Shown piece after piece: positions 1 through 10,019 of a stretch of 64,000 nucleotides of DNA. A program made the translations under genes and the position numbers. The notes beneath the pieces are model-generated. The model searched no databases, was not told the origin of the DNA, and saw only the letters and a list, made by a program, of their open reading frames with translations. Source of the stretch: Anthoceros angustus. Taxonomy: Eukaryota > Plantae > Anthocerotophyta. The stretch is from the NCBI GenBank assembly GCA_010909165.1, contig MU008160.1, positions 868,001 through 932,000 of the forward strand, written 5' to 3'. Numbering within the stretch: position 1 is the stretch's first letter; each line of letters begins with the position of its first letter.

Positions 1-88
1 TGTTACATGACCCCAAAATTGCAACATAAGTGTTACATCCGGGGGTCCAAATCTTAACATAAAGTGTAACATAGGCTGCCTTTTCTAG
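1..88 (-). repeat. Inverted copy of the repeat family at ~18010-18070; abuts and truncates the copia fragment
   Basis: The reverse complement of 1-88 (agaaaaggcagcctatgttacactttatgttaagatttggacccccggatg...tgcaatt) aligns with 18010-18070 (agaaaatggcagctatattacactttatgttaagattttgacccctgatgttgcaatt). Confidence 0.75.
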
Positions 89-93
89 CTGGG

Positions 94-279
94 ATTGAAA
101 TCCAACACCACTATATTAGAGATGTGGTGGAACGAGGTGCTGTTAAAGTGGGATATGTACATACAGATGAGAATGTGGCAGATGTGCTGACTAAGGGCCT
201 GGTAAAGCATAAGCATTACAAGCACCTTTCAGGTTTGGGCCTGGAAGACTACACAAGATATATGGACAGCAGCCAGTGA
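94..279 (+). pseudogene. Ty1/copia pol C-terminus (RNase H end), 5'-truncated
   Basis: Translates IEIQHHYIRDVVERGAVKVGYVHTDENVADVLTKGL...*, matching the copia RNase H terminal motif HIDIRYHFIRE..V.T.DN.AD.LTK.L. Confidence 0.9.
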
Positions 280-396
280 CTCATCTGGTGTTGGTGGGGG
301 CGGAAACCCGAAGGTTTCCAATTTGTTGATGAAGAGTGTCCACAATTTGCTTGTGGACACAGATAACTGTACACGCTCCCCACAGGCACGAGGTCG

Positions 397-860
397 TCAC
401 CGATGAAGGTAAGTGCAAAATGCGAGAAGGACCCACGCCCGCCGGAGGATGAAGCTCACCTTACATTCATCCGGTGGCTCAACGCCCATGGATGGCTTGA
501 CGCCTTCCTTGGCGCCATCAGTAGCACGTTTCGCAGCAAAGGATGTGTTCCAGTCCGATCCCGCCTTAGCTAGGCGTAGGCAAGCGAGTGGAGTAGGCGT
601 ATGAGCCCGAAGCGAAAGTCGCCGCCGGGTTCGTGACCCAACACGAGGTGCCCGAAAGTTGTTCCTGGTATAGGTCCTGGGTTGCCGGGGCAGTTGCTCA
701 TGAAGCGAGCCAACTCCTCCAGTGACCCACACCTACTCCATGGCAACCTTCCCAGCGGCGCTTCCGTCTCTGTTGCTGCGCTGGATTTTGCGTTGGGCTG
801 TTTCCTTCTCCTTGGCGTCTTCACTGGGCCGGCGTATGTCTTGCCGCTGCGCGTCTGCAT
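397..860 (-). CDS. Hypothetical antisense ORF(s) in the copia 3' region (overlapping ORFs 570-860 and 397-732)
   Basis: ORF starting MQTRSGKTYAGPVKTPRRRKQ lies between the pol stop (279) and the PPT (1093). No recognised homology. Confidence 0.3.
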
Positions 861-1092
861 CGTTGCTAGGCGATGGTGGGCTTGGCAGCTGAGCTTGATA
901 GCAGCCAGGAAGGTGAGGGAGATGGTGGCGGCGGCAAACGCTTGCGCTATGATTAAGTCCGTCGCTGGCGTAGGGGTTTACGCTGGGTTTGTGCACGCTC
1001 CGTTCTGCGTTCTGAAAGGATCCCGTTTTTTTTTATGACTAGAAGATCGTCGATGATGGTCATAGTTGCGCAAGTCATATACCTAAAGTTGC

Positions 1093-1290
1093 TTTAGAGG
1101 GAGTGTTGGAAATAAAGCCAACATTAAGTATAAAGGTTTTTTAGGTTAAACATACGTGAACCGTTTTTAGGGTTTAGTATATAAACAATACACACATACA
1201 ATTTTGTAACCATTATTTCATTATTTGAAATCAAGCTTTGTCGAGCCAAACTGCTCTCCGCAAATTTACAAGATCATAGGGATGTGTGCA
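1093..1290 (+). mobile_element. Copia polypurine tract and 3' LTR (end uncertain, 1270 or ~1292)
   Basis: tttagagggag (1093-1103) is immediately followed by TGTTGG (1104); a TATA-like tatataaa lies inside; CA-ending candidates at 1270 and 1292. Confidence 0.65.
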
Positions 1291-1674
1291 CATTAAGGCA
1301 TCCACATGCGGGCTGTCAAGTAGACATAAGCAAGGATTTCCAGCATTAAAGACGGTGAATTCCAACGTGATAGTGAACATAGGTGATAAGCATTCACTAC
1401 TCTCCGAGTTACAGTTTTTAGCAAGTCCTCAACGTACTTCTGGTTTAGACGGACCTTTGTATTGCCAGCTTTGCCTTTTGAAGAATGCAATCTTATGCTA
1501 AGTAATTTCTACTTTGTGTTTGATGCATGGGCGAGAGCGTGATGCAATTCTCTGGTTTTAGAATTGTGCCGTACTGGACTTCGTATGCAAGGTTTCGCTC
1601 GCAGGTAGTGTGGGTTTTGCTAACATTTTAGAAAGCTTTTATAAGCAGGGGACCCTTTTTAGGATGAAACTAGG

Positions 1675-1830
1675 ACACTAAGCTAGTAGCAAGCTGCAAG
1701 CCAAAGTCTTAAGTTCTTCGTTAGGTTTTCTTTCTTTTTCTATATCTAATTACACTAGGCTAGTAGCAAGCTGCAAGCTGAGTCTTAAGTTCTTCGTTAG
1801 GTTTTCTTTCTTTTTCTATATTTAATTACA
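1675..1830. repeat. Tandem duplication, ~77 bp x2
   Basis: acacta(a/g)gctagtagcaagctgcaag...ttcttcgttaggttttctttctttttctatat.taattaca occurs twice. Confidence 0.9.
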
Positions 1831-2384
1831 GGTGGGAATTACAATACTTGTCCACTGCAATATCCGATATCACGACTTCGGCCATGCATGTACATAGAAA
1901 CCTAAAGGCCTATAGCGGTATTGTACAAATTGGCCATTTATTTCCTTTGTGTATCAATGTGTGGAGTTAGATGTATGTCATTACATAATTATCAATAATC
2001 TAATATATTTTTATTAAATTGATAATATTATTCAATAATAATCTGATACGAACATCGCCGCCTAGCTTACTCCAATGGCATAGGAACAACGCCATCAACA
2101 TAAGTATATATAAAAAAGCTTCATAATATTTTGGATAAGTCTTTCATTAAATGTGAAAACTGAAAACTATAACCAATCAGTTTCGTTAATTCTCTCTTTT
2201 TCACCTTAATCCTTGAGGTCTACTTTTATTTTCCTGTGCTGGATGGGTTTTTCCCCATCGTCTTTCCCCTCAATAAAACACAACATGCTTATGTTTGGTT
2301 AACGTTAGGAACAAATTCCTTTAACCAACGGTCCATAGTTTCTAAGAATGACTCTTCAAATAACACTCGCCTAAAGCCAAGTTT

Positions 2385-2759
2385 TAGGTGACATGATCGG
2401 CCCAGGCACCTTCGAGTGTGCGGTGGATCTTCTTGCGGCGTTCTTTCCCATCGCTTTTGGGCTTGGTTTGCAGCCACGGCCTCCAGCTGTGCTCTTAAGG
2501 AGTTGGGCCTCTTCCCCCATCTTGTCCTCCCGTTTCTTAATTCGGCATTCACATATCATGGAGGCTTTTGTCGCGGGCGTTGAGGAGGGGACTTTTCCCA
2601 TGTAGGCCTCACTAAGATTAGCCAGGGACTCTTTATCCTCCGAGGCGAGGGCTGCCATGCCGTCTTTTTCCTCGCTTTCTGAGGTTGGACTCCGGAGGCT
2701 TCAGGCGTCCCTCTTGGAGAAAGAGTACGGGCAGGCGCAATTGGCCCTCCTCCGGGATT
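2385..2759 (+). mobile_element. CRE-like non-LTR retrotransposon, left part (RT C-terminal/thumb region), split by the gypsy insertion
   Basis: Translates ...GLGLQPRPPAVLLRSWA...RF...VAGVEEGTFP..ASLRLARDSL...LQASLLEKE...LALLRD. It continues in frame into 12954 (SSIPRPTRARLRSC) once the gypsy element and one TSD copy are removed. Confidence 0.7.
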
Positions 2760-3393
2760 TGTCATGACACCCTGGTGTTGTGTTCGGTGAAGGGGTATGT
2801 GGGTGCATGCATGTGCATGAATGTGGTATGTATGTCCGCTTATGGACATGCATGCATGGTGGGCATGCATGATGGATGTGCATGCAATGCTGAACATGCG
2901 TCTGTGAGTTCTGAGGATGGCCACAAATCGCGTGTGGGTAGCGGGTGTCAAAATCGTGATCACCCGTAATTGCGGCAGAATTATTGAGAGCCGCGTTACT
3001 GGAGGCACCGCCTTTTCGTGAGGGTGTCAAGGCGCCGCGAGGCACCGTGATTCGGCGAGAGAAGGCGCGCAAGCATTTAGGCGATAAGATAGGCAAGTGG
3101 AGGCGGATTGCCGATGTTTGTTCTGGGAGGCACGCCCGTCTTTTCGGGAGGGTGTCAGGCGCCTGGCTGTGATTCGGCCCGAGCACTTGCGGGCGGATAA
3201 GATATGGCAATCGGGCCGAGGCGGATTGTCGATGTTTGTTCTGGGAGCAGCATACGGATCCCAACGTAGCATAACGAAGTTTCCTGACATGACGACTCTT
3301 GGGAAGTGTGGATGAGCGATTGGATCCTACATCCAAGTCGAAATGAAATTTTGCACATCACAATCCCTTGATTTGGATCTCGGCGGCGTGACA
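2760..3393 (+). repeat. 5' LTR (~634 bp)
   Basis: TGTCATG...CGTGACA inverted termini; 2770-3355 aligns with 12325-12818. Confidence 0.8.
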
Positions 3394-3889
3394 AAGGTGG
3401 TCTTGACTTAGCGGTGAGTGCTGTGAAGGGAACTCAAGGACATCAGGAAGGACGGTGGAGCATACGAGATAAGTCCATGGTGGTGATGATGAGGGTCTGT
3501 AGACTACTCGTGTTGTTTTATGCGGTCGGTCCATTACGCATTTATGCCTAGCGTAACTAGAACCCGCATATTTGTGGCGGAGGTTGTGGGATGAAGTGAT
3601 TGACAAAGCTGTCATGGTTGGGTGATTGAATGGAAGGGGCCAACACTAACTTTGATGACATGCCATACATAGTTTCGCAGAGGAAGGGATTGTAAGGTAA
3701 TGGTGTTTCTGATGCAGGTGGACAAACGCAGTTTACTCCTACTCGGGAAGCTCGCATCTGTCACACAATATCCCTCATCCATAAGCCAAGTGGTCGGATT
3801 GAGAGGGTGTATAGTCCCATCCGATCCATAGCATTTGAAGAGTGGTAGTGGAGTCGGAATGGAATGAGATAGCGCCTAGTAAAATGATG

Positions 3890-5062
3890 TGTTCACCGGA
3901 GACATGGCGCATGTTGGGCGATTTTGAGGAAAAGTTCGTGGGCAATCGATGAGATGGTGCTCAAGTACAAGTCAAATTCACCAGAAATGGCACTAAGGAA
4001 GATGAGCACGTTTCTTGCGGAGAGGCGACTTGCTACCTGGAGAGGATCGAGATCTTGCGAGGATCTGCGCGGGCTGGCGGCAAGAATGGCCAAGAAGATG
4101 TTGAAAGCGAGATGGAGGAGGAGTCGGTTCCACTGGCGATGCCATCACGTACTGGTAGGCGAAATGTTCTCCAAATTGTGAAATGTTTCCGGTAGCCTCT
4201 ATAGAGAAGATTCAGGGCTGTCAAGTTCACCATCAAGCCCAGAACCTCTCGGATCCGCCTATTTGAGGTGAGGCAATGGTGAAAGACACGCGTGTGAAGG
4301 CGATGCGAAGCCGCCCGGATCTACATAGCGCCCTTGGGAAGACAAAGAAGAGTGATTGCTAATTTCACACGCATGCATGGTGCCGACTACGAGCTAGAAC
4401 AAGCCTATGAGATGGCGAGCGGGTCATGAAGGGCGGCAGTGTGCTTCGGGAGGAGCACAATCGGTGAGAGGACGGCGGCATGCCATGAACAACCCAAGGT
4501 TTCAAGGAAGAACCACTGCCGCACACTCAGTGAACAGCTGGGAATTCCCAACCAGGAACACGACCAGCAGCGCCACCAACAAAGCCACGGTGAAATGTCT
4601 TTGTTGGGGCCGCACAAGGCCTTCAGTGTGAGTGTCGGGTTGGGGGACGAAGGAGAAGGAAGAGCAATGCCGAGCGTGTGCCAAAACCGGACATACAGGC
4701 GGCATGTTGGCGGCTCATCCGAATTTAAGCCAAAGGGGTTGTGGAGCGGATGTCGCCAAGGCAAAATCAAGGAGGTACACGGGCGCTCGATGAGGTGCAG
4801 TGCAAGAAAAGCTAGCCATGAGTGTAAGCAGAGCTCGGTTGCTATCGAGGATTATGATTCGGATCCAGGTGTATGCGCTAATGGCCACGTCGAGGATGAA
4901 CGGACTAGCGTCGACTGGGTGGGCGGTGCGAAGAAAGAAGGTGAGGAAAGGAATCTCAAGATGCCCAAATCCTTTAGGCGTTATGAAGAAGACCGGGAGG
5001 CAGATACGAGAGAAATCACCCATCTTGAACTTATGCTCGAGAAGGTGATGGATGTGCCGTGA
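3890..5062 (+). pseudogene. gag region with CCHC zinc-knuckle remnant
   Basis: tgc cga gcg tgt gcc aaa acc gga cat aca (~4668-4697) = CRACAKTGHT, a CX2CX4H knuckle; located between the 5' LTR and protease; multiple frameshifts. Confidence 0.55.
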
Positions 5063-5189
5063 TGAGCTTGCGTGATCAAAGTCAAGACAACCGTTTAAGC
5101 GAGCCATGAAGGCTGGATACAAAAGGTGCGGGGCGCGACCAGTGTGGATCGTCGACCTCGTGGGGATCACTGAAGCCAGCAGCAGGGCA

Positions 5190-5560
5190 AAGGAGGCATT
5201 GCCATGGTCAATAATCAAGGTCGGGAGGTAACGGTCAACGGCTTTGCTCCGAATATGTGTTGGTGGATACAGCGACCCGGTGTTGCTCGGACGCAGTGCA
5301 GAAGGCTCTCCACTATCTGGGATAAGCTTAAGCCATGTGAAGTGCACATTACCACATGCGGGAACCAAGGAGCGGGTGATGGGAATGACTCGTGAGCCGA
5401 TCGCATAGAGTTCAAGCCGCACAAAGATGCCTCTATCAAGTTCATTGCTTGGTGTCTAACGCAAGGAATTACGATGTGCTACTGATGCCACGCCGCAATG
5501 AATGACCCGTTGCACTCGAAGCGTTTATAGGCAGCGGTGGCGGGATGGGGACTTCACACA
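5190..5560 (+). pseudogene. Aspartic protease domain of gypsy pol
   Basis: GIAMVNNQGREVTVNGFAP..VLVDT(G)A...; CLVSNARNYDVLL (~5450-5485). The same motifs recur at 52437-52715 and ~45540-45620. Confidence 0.7.
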
Positions 5561-5859
5561 AGTGGCGGGATCCCGCTTGATATGAGGCGACATCTTTGAG
5601 AGATCAAGCATGATTGCATTCACGGCTGTCTGGTGACATTGTGCACAAGTGGTGTGGAAGAAACTCGGGAACTCGTGCGGGAAGAGGCAGGAGGCGTCAA
5701 AGCGTGGGTGTATGTATGTAAAAACCCCTTCTTTGGCCGAAAACTTTGGCCGAGCTCACCCGACAAAGCTAGGCTAAGGTGTGGCCCCGATGTGTGTCCA
5801 AAATGTTTGCCGGGTTGGGAGCCTTAGGCAGCGCTTTGAGGATCAATACGGATGTGATT

Positions 5860-6710
5860 CGTGGCAACTGACGAAGCGAGGTATACACCTCATGGAGCGT
5901 GTTCGAGGATCGATGGCGGGCTTGAAGCGGTATTGAAGAGTGGAATACGGGTGAGGAAATACACGTGTGTTGAAGTGGGAGAAGGCACGTCAGGCAATCC
6001 GGATTATCGGGATGCAAAGGCGTATCCGGACTACTAAGCATGGAGGCGGTGAAGGGATGTCGAGCAGGTTACCCCCTGTCGATTGGTAGGGAAGCGGTCA
6101 GTGCCCGGTCGATATCTTACAGGATGGGAATGCGGGGCGTTTTCCGGGCGGTTGTGGAAAGGGTGTGTGTGGAAGTGGCTGCGAAGTAATCGGATTGAGG
6201 AAGTCAATCAATCCCACTTGCGTGCTTGCGGAGAATGTGGGCATTCGATAAACGTGAACATGTGAGGAGGCTGGCAGCTCGAAGTTGGATAGGAGAGGAA
6301 TTCATTATTGATCTTTGCAGCGGGCTCATACGCCCACCGGGTCTGAAGTTTTTGGACAAACGTGACCGGTGTAGAGGTTCTCGAGGCAACATGAGTTGAC
6401 CAACCAGAGAAACGATATGTGGATGACATCTTAGAAGAGGCGATCACGGTGCGGAAGATGGACAAACCTCCACGATTTCCGTAAATAAGGTTGGGAAGCC
6501 GAAGGGCTGGCCCACACTCGTAAGGATGCCCAATCTTATGCCTTTCGGAGGGGGCGGCACCGTGGTGGATCTCTGGAAATGAGGTAGGTGAGCCCAGTGA
6601 TGGAGCGAAAGGGCCATGGGGTTTGATCGACGGACCATCACGGGGCATTTCTAAACATATCGATGCAAGTTCTTTGGGTCAAGCGTTTGATCGACTTGCA
6701 TGGCAATGGT
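5860..6710 (+). pseudogene. C5 cytosine DNA methyltransferase domain (DNMT3-like) inside gypsy pol, frameshifted
   Basis: Motif I region GIHLME..G..AGLEAVLKSGIRVRKY (5880-5965); motif IV GWEC (6122-6133); motif VI ENV (6231-6239); motif VIII AGSYAHRV*SFWTNV (~6320-6363); KMDKP..FP...GWPTLV; motif IX-like EP..ER..MGF (~6590-6630); motif X-like LGQAFD (~6676-6693). Confidence 0.85.
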
Positions 6711-6889
6711 TGAGCGTGGGTGCACACAAATAGATATGTGCAAGGCGGGAGGTGATGCATCTATCGATTGAAGAAGGCGAGTTTCCAATCACAAAGGAGG
6801 TCATCTAACACTGCAGGGGCTGACGACACAAGAAGAGCAGGCAGTAAACTCAACACATGAGTGGCGATATGCGAAGAGTTAGAAGAAGC

Positions 6890-7760
6890 CGATCAACGAA
6901 GATTCGGGATATCTGCTGAAAAGCACACCGCGTTTGAAAGGCGGTATGATATCAAGTTCAAGATCACCACTACCACCAATGAACCGATGTTGGGCGAAGG
7001 CAGGTGAGTCCCATGGAGTGGGACATTGTGGATAGGAGATGCAAGGCTGGCGGCTGGACTAATCAGAAAGTCTACCTCGCAATATCTTTGCGGCAAGCTG
7101 TGTTGCGTTAAAAAGGCGAGAATGGCGAATGGAAGAAGGATGTGTGGAGACTATCGCTTTGAATGAGGTGACACCCATGGAGCGATATCCCATGCCAACG
7201 CCGGATGAAATCTTTGATGCCATTGGAGGCCAAGTATTTCACTACATTGGATTTCGGTCGATTCAATCAAATAGTCATCGAAGAAAGAGACAAGTGCAAG
7301 ACCGCGTTTTGGGGTAAGGACCAGGTGGGAGTGGGAAACAATGCCATTTGGTTTGAAAACGCATCCATTTATTTTCGCGGTGGTCGATTTGGAGTTACAG
7401 TGGATGCGTTTGAAGATGTTACATCGATGACATCTTAGTGTTCGATGTGACTGGAAGAACATCTCCAACACCTTGAGATTTTCTTGCAAAGATTGGCCAA
7501 ATCGGGGTTGAAGGCACACCCAAAGAAATGCAAGTTTGCTTACAAGGAGATAGAGTACTTGGGGCATAAGATAGTTCGGTGGGGTGTTGCCTCGGTGGCC
7601 AAGGTGCAATTGATCTCATGCCCGCCTAGAGACATTGCCTTAAGGGCATTTGGGACTTGTCAATTACTACACCGGTTTGTCCGAAACATGAGCACATATG
7701 CAAGGTCTTGTATGAATTGCTCAAGAAGGGAGTGGCGATGGGGACAAGCATAGCAGGCTT
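6890..7760 (+). pseudogene. Ty3/gypsy reverse transcriptase
   Basis: CGDYR.LNEVT..ERYPMPTPDEIFDAI..KYFTTLD..FNQI....KTAFW; CYIDDILVF (~7416-7442); KKCKFAYKEIEYLGHKI. Confidence 0.92.
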
Positions 7761-7789
7761 GGCGAGTTGAAGAACCGGCTAAGCGGAAG

Positions 7790-8110
7790 GCCAATGCTCA
7801 AAAGGCTGATTTTGATAAGCCGTTTGTCTTATATCACGAGTCGGCGGTCTTGGAGGCTGTCGCCCAGACAGTGAAGAAGGAAAGGAGCGAGTTATCGCGT
7901 ATGCAAGTAGGTCCAACAATGCTGGAAGCAAACTACTCATCGTATGAAGGGGAATGCTTGGCTACAGTTTGGGCGGTTTTACATTTCAGAGTGTATTTGT
8001 TTGGTCGAGCTTTCAACTTGTCACGGATCATCAGCCCTTCAGGCTGATGACAAATATGGCGAGTGGAAAACTTGCCGATGGCTTTTCTTGTCGAGAATAT
8101 GACGTCTGAT
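7790..8110 (+). pseudogene. RNase H
   Basis: DFDKPFVL...; EANYSSYEGECLATVWAVLHFRVYLFGRAF.LVTDHQP. Confidence 0.9.
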
Positions 8111-8459
8111 TATTAGCGGGTAAAGTGCATCTCAATGCCGGGTCTCGGTAGAAACCCAATGTGCGACAAAGAAGATGTGACTGGAGCAAGGCAGGACTTT
8201 AAACTCATTCAAAGCATGCCCAGTTATTACATGGCCCTGATGTCTACAGAACAGGAAGATGGAAGGCAACTGGCTGAGGGAGGAAGAGACATATGGAAGA
8301 ATGAGCAAGCTATACAGCTGCTACGGGATGGACAGGTCACTGGTATGGATGCCTCAGCGCTGCAAAAACTACAACGGAAAATCGTTCGTTACACTTATGA
8401 AAACGGTAAGGTGTGGGTCACGGATCGTGGAGTGCTCAAGGAAGTACCACCCATAGGAG

Positions 8460-9300
8460 AGGAGGCAATTGGTGACCAAGGTACATGTCACGCTTGGCCA
8501 CTTTGGAGTGAAGCGGACTCATCATATGTTGAAAATGCGTACTTTTGGTCGGGTATGTATGCGAGACGTTGAAAAGGTGGTGGCCAAATGTGCAGCGTGT
8601 GATGCGATAAAGGCCGATTCTCAGCCAAGATGTGGTGTTGCATTCGCTACCCATCAGGGGACTTTTCTTGAGATGGTCTGCCGATCTAATGCGAACTACG
8701 TCACGAGGAGACAGACATGTTGATGATCGAACATTTCTCGAAGTGGTGGAGTTGGCCTTTACGCCAATCGAAGTTCGCAATAATACCGCCGCAGGCGTTT
8801 TGCAATGTGTTCTCGTGTCTGAGGTGTCTTTGAGGTGTTGACGGACCAAGGCAATGAGTTTCGAGGAGAGTTTCAAGCACTTTGGATCAAGTCGATAGAT
8901 CCAGCGAACCTCCCGGATCACCCGGTGATGGGTTGGCGGCGTTTAGTCGAACCTTCAAGGACTCTGCAAATATTGTATGGAGATAGAGCCGATTCTTTGG
9001 GGCGAGCTATTGCCTTATGTAGCTCTAGGATCGAATCGTGTGCAAGCGGCTTGGTAACCATCCTACTACATCATGTTTGGCGAAATGCAATCATGCCAAA
9101 CATAGCGCACTTACTCAAGCCCGTGGGTGGGCAGGATCCTATGGGATGTTTGTCGGATTGCAAGCAAGAGCAAAACATTTCAGCGTGTGATGCCATGGAT
9201 AATCTTGCTATAGCCCAACATGGGACCAACTTGATATGCATTCACGAGGAGGATCACGGAAACCCAAAGCAAGGAAGTTTGAGGTGACCGTTTACTGCAC
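8460..9300 (+). pseudogene. Integrase (HHCC zinc domain and core)
   Basis: VHVTLGHFGVKRTHHML...W..M..DVEKVVAKCAACD; LHSLPIRGLFLRWSADL; LTDQGNEFRGEF; lies downstream of RH, which is gypsy order. Confidence 0.88.
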
Positions 9301-9484
9301 GCCGACCCTCAACTACTTTAGATGTGAGCACTGGACGTTTGATCTTGCGAGTAGTCCACGTCGGTGAGCAAGGGTGATTGAGTTGGAAGGGCAAGATGGG
9401 CGTCGGTGCAAAGCACATGAGACACACGGCGTGCCACTTGCCCAATCTTGACACAAGAACGCAACCGCAGCATGGAAACCACCG

Positions 9485-9622
9485 ATTGATGCGCCTTGTG
9501 AGTTCTGGTCACGTTCGATCACGGTGATGTTGCTTTGTGACAAATGCAGCGGAGGGTATCACGTTTTTGCTTGCCACTCGAGAACAATTCCAGGGCGGTG
9601 AATGGTTACGCCACGGTGCTCA
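9485..9622 (+). pseudogene. PHD finger at the integrase C-terminus
   Basis: Across frameshifts: PIDAPCEF....MLLCDKCSGGYHVF(C)L..LE.IP.GEW..PRC, the C4HC3 PHD pattern MLLCD.C..GYH..CL.P.L..IP.G.W.C..C. Confidence 0.8.
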
Positions 9623-10019
9623 TCCACAAGCAAATCAAGTGGTGGGGGCGGGTGCCTCATGAATGTTGCAAGTTCTCAACCACGACCCAATAGGGTCTAT
9701 ACGTACAAGAGCCCGTTCGCAAGCGGCGGCACGAGGAGCATGAGTGTAGTAACAAAGATGTTTTGGATGATGGCAATACAACGGATATGAGTGTTTGAAG
9801 CCCTACATGCAGGGTCATACTTGTTCGTGCAAAGGGTTAGGTTATCAGTGTAGAAATAGCCAAGAGAGGTTCCGCACTAAGGCACTGGTGAGGCACACGT
9901 GATGGACAGGGGGCGCAAACTAAGCATCGCGGCGAATTGGGCCAACAGCACAAGGTGGGCGGCGTTGGCGATAGGAGGTCATCAGGACACCTGTGGGCAC
10001 AACAACGGCGCGCGACTGA

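Noticed and set aside
2556-3336. His/Cys-rich ORFs on the minus strand (also 12131-12724)
   Set aside because: Translations of the low-complexity gcatgcat LTR sequence.
3394-3420. Primer binding site of the gypsy element
   Set aside because: TGG occurs 4 nt after the LTR (aaggTGGTCTTGAC), but I cannot match it to a tRNA 3' end; not called.
5860-6710. Bacterial restriction-modification methyltransferase or contamination
   Set aside because: Embedded in collinear gypsy pol between LTRs, within a contig of intron-containing plant genes; motif VIII is DNMT3-like.
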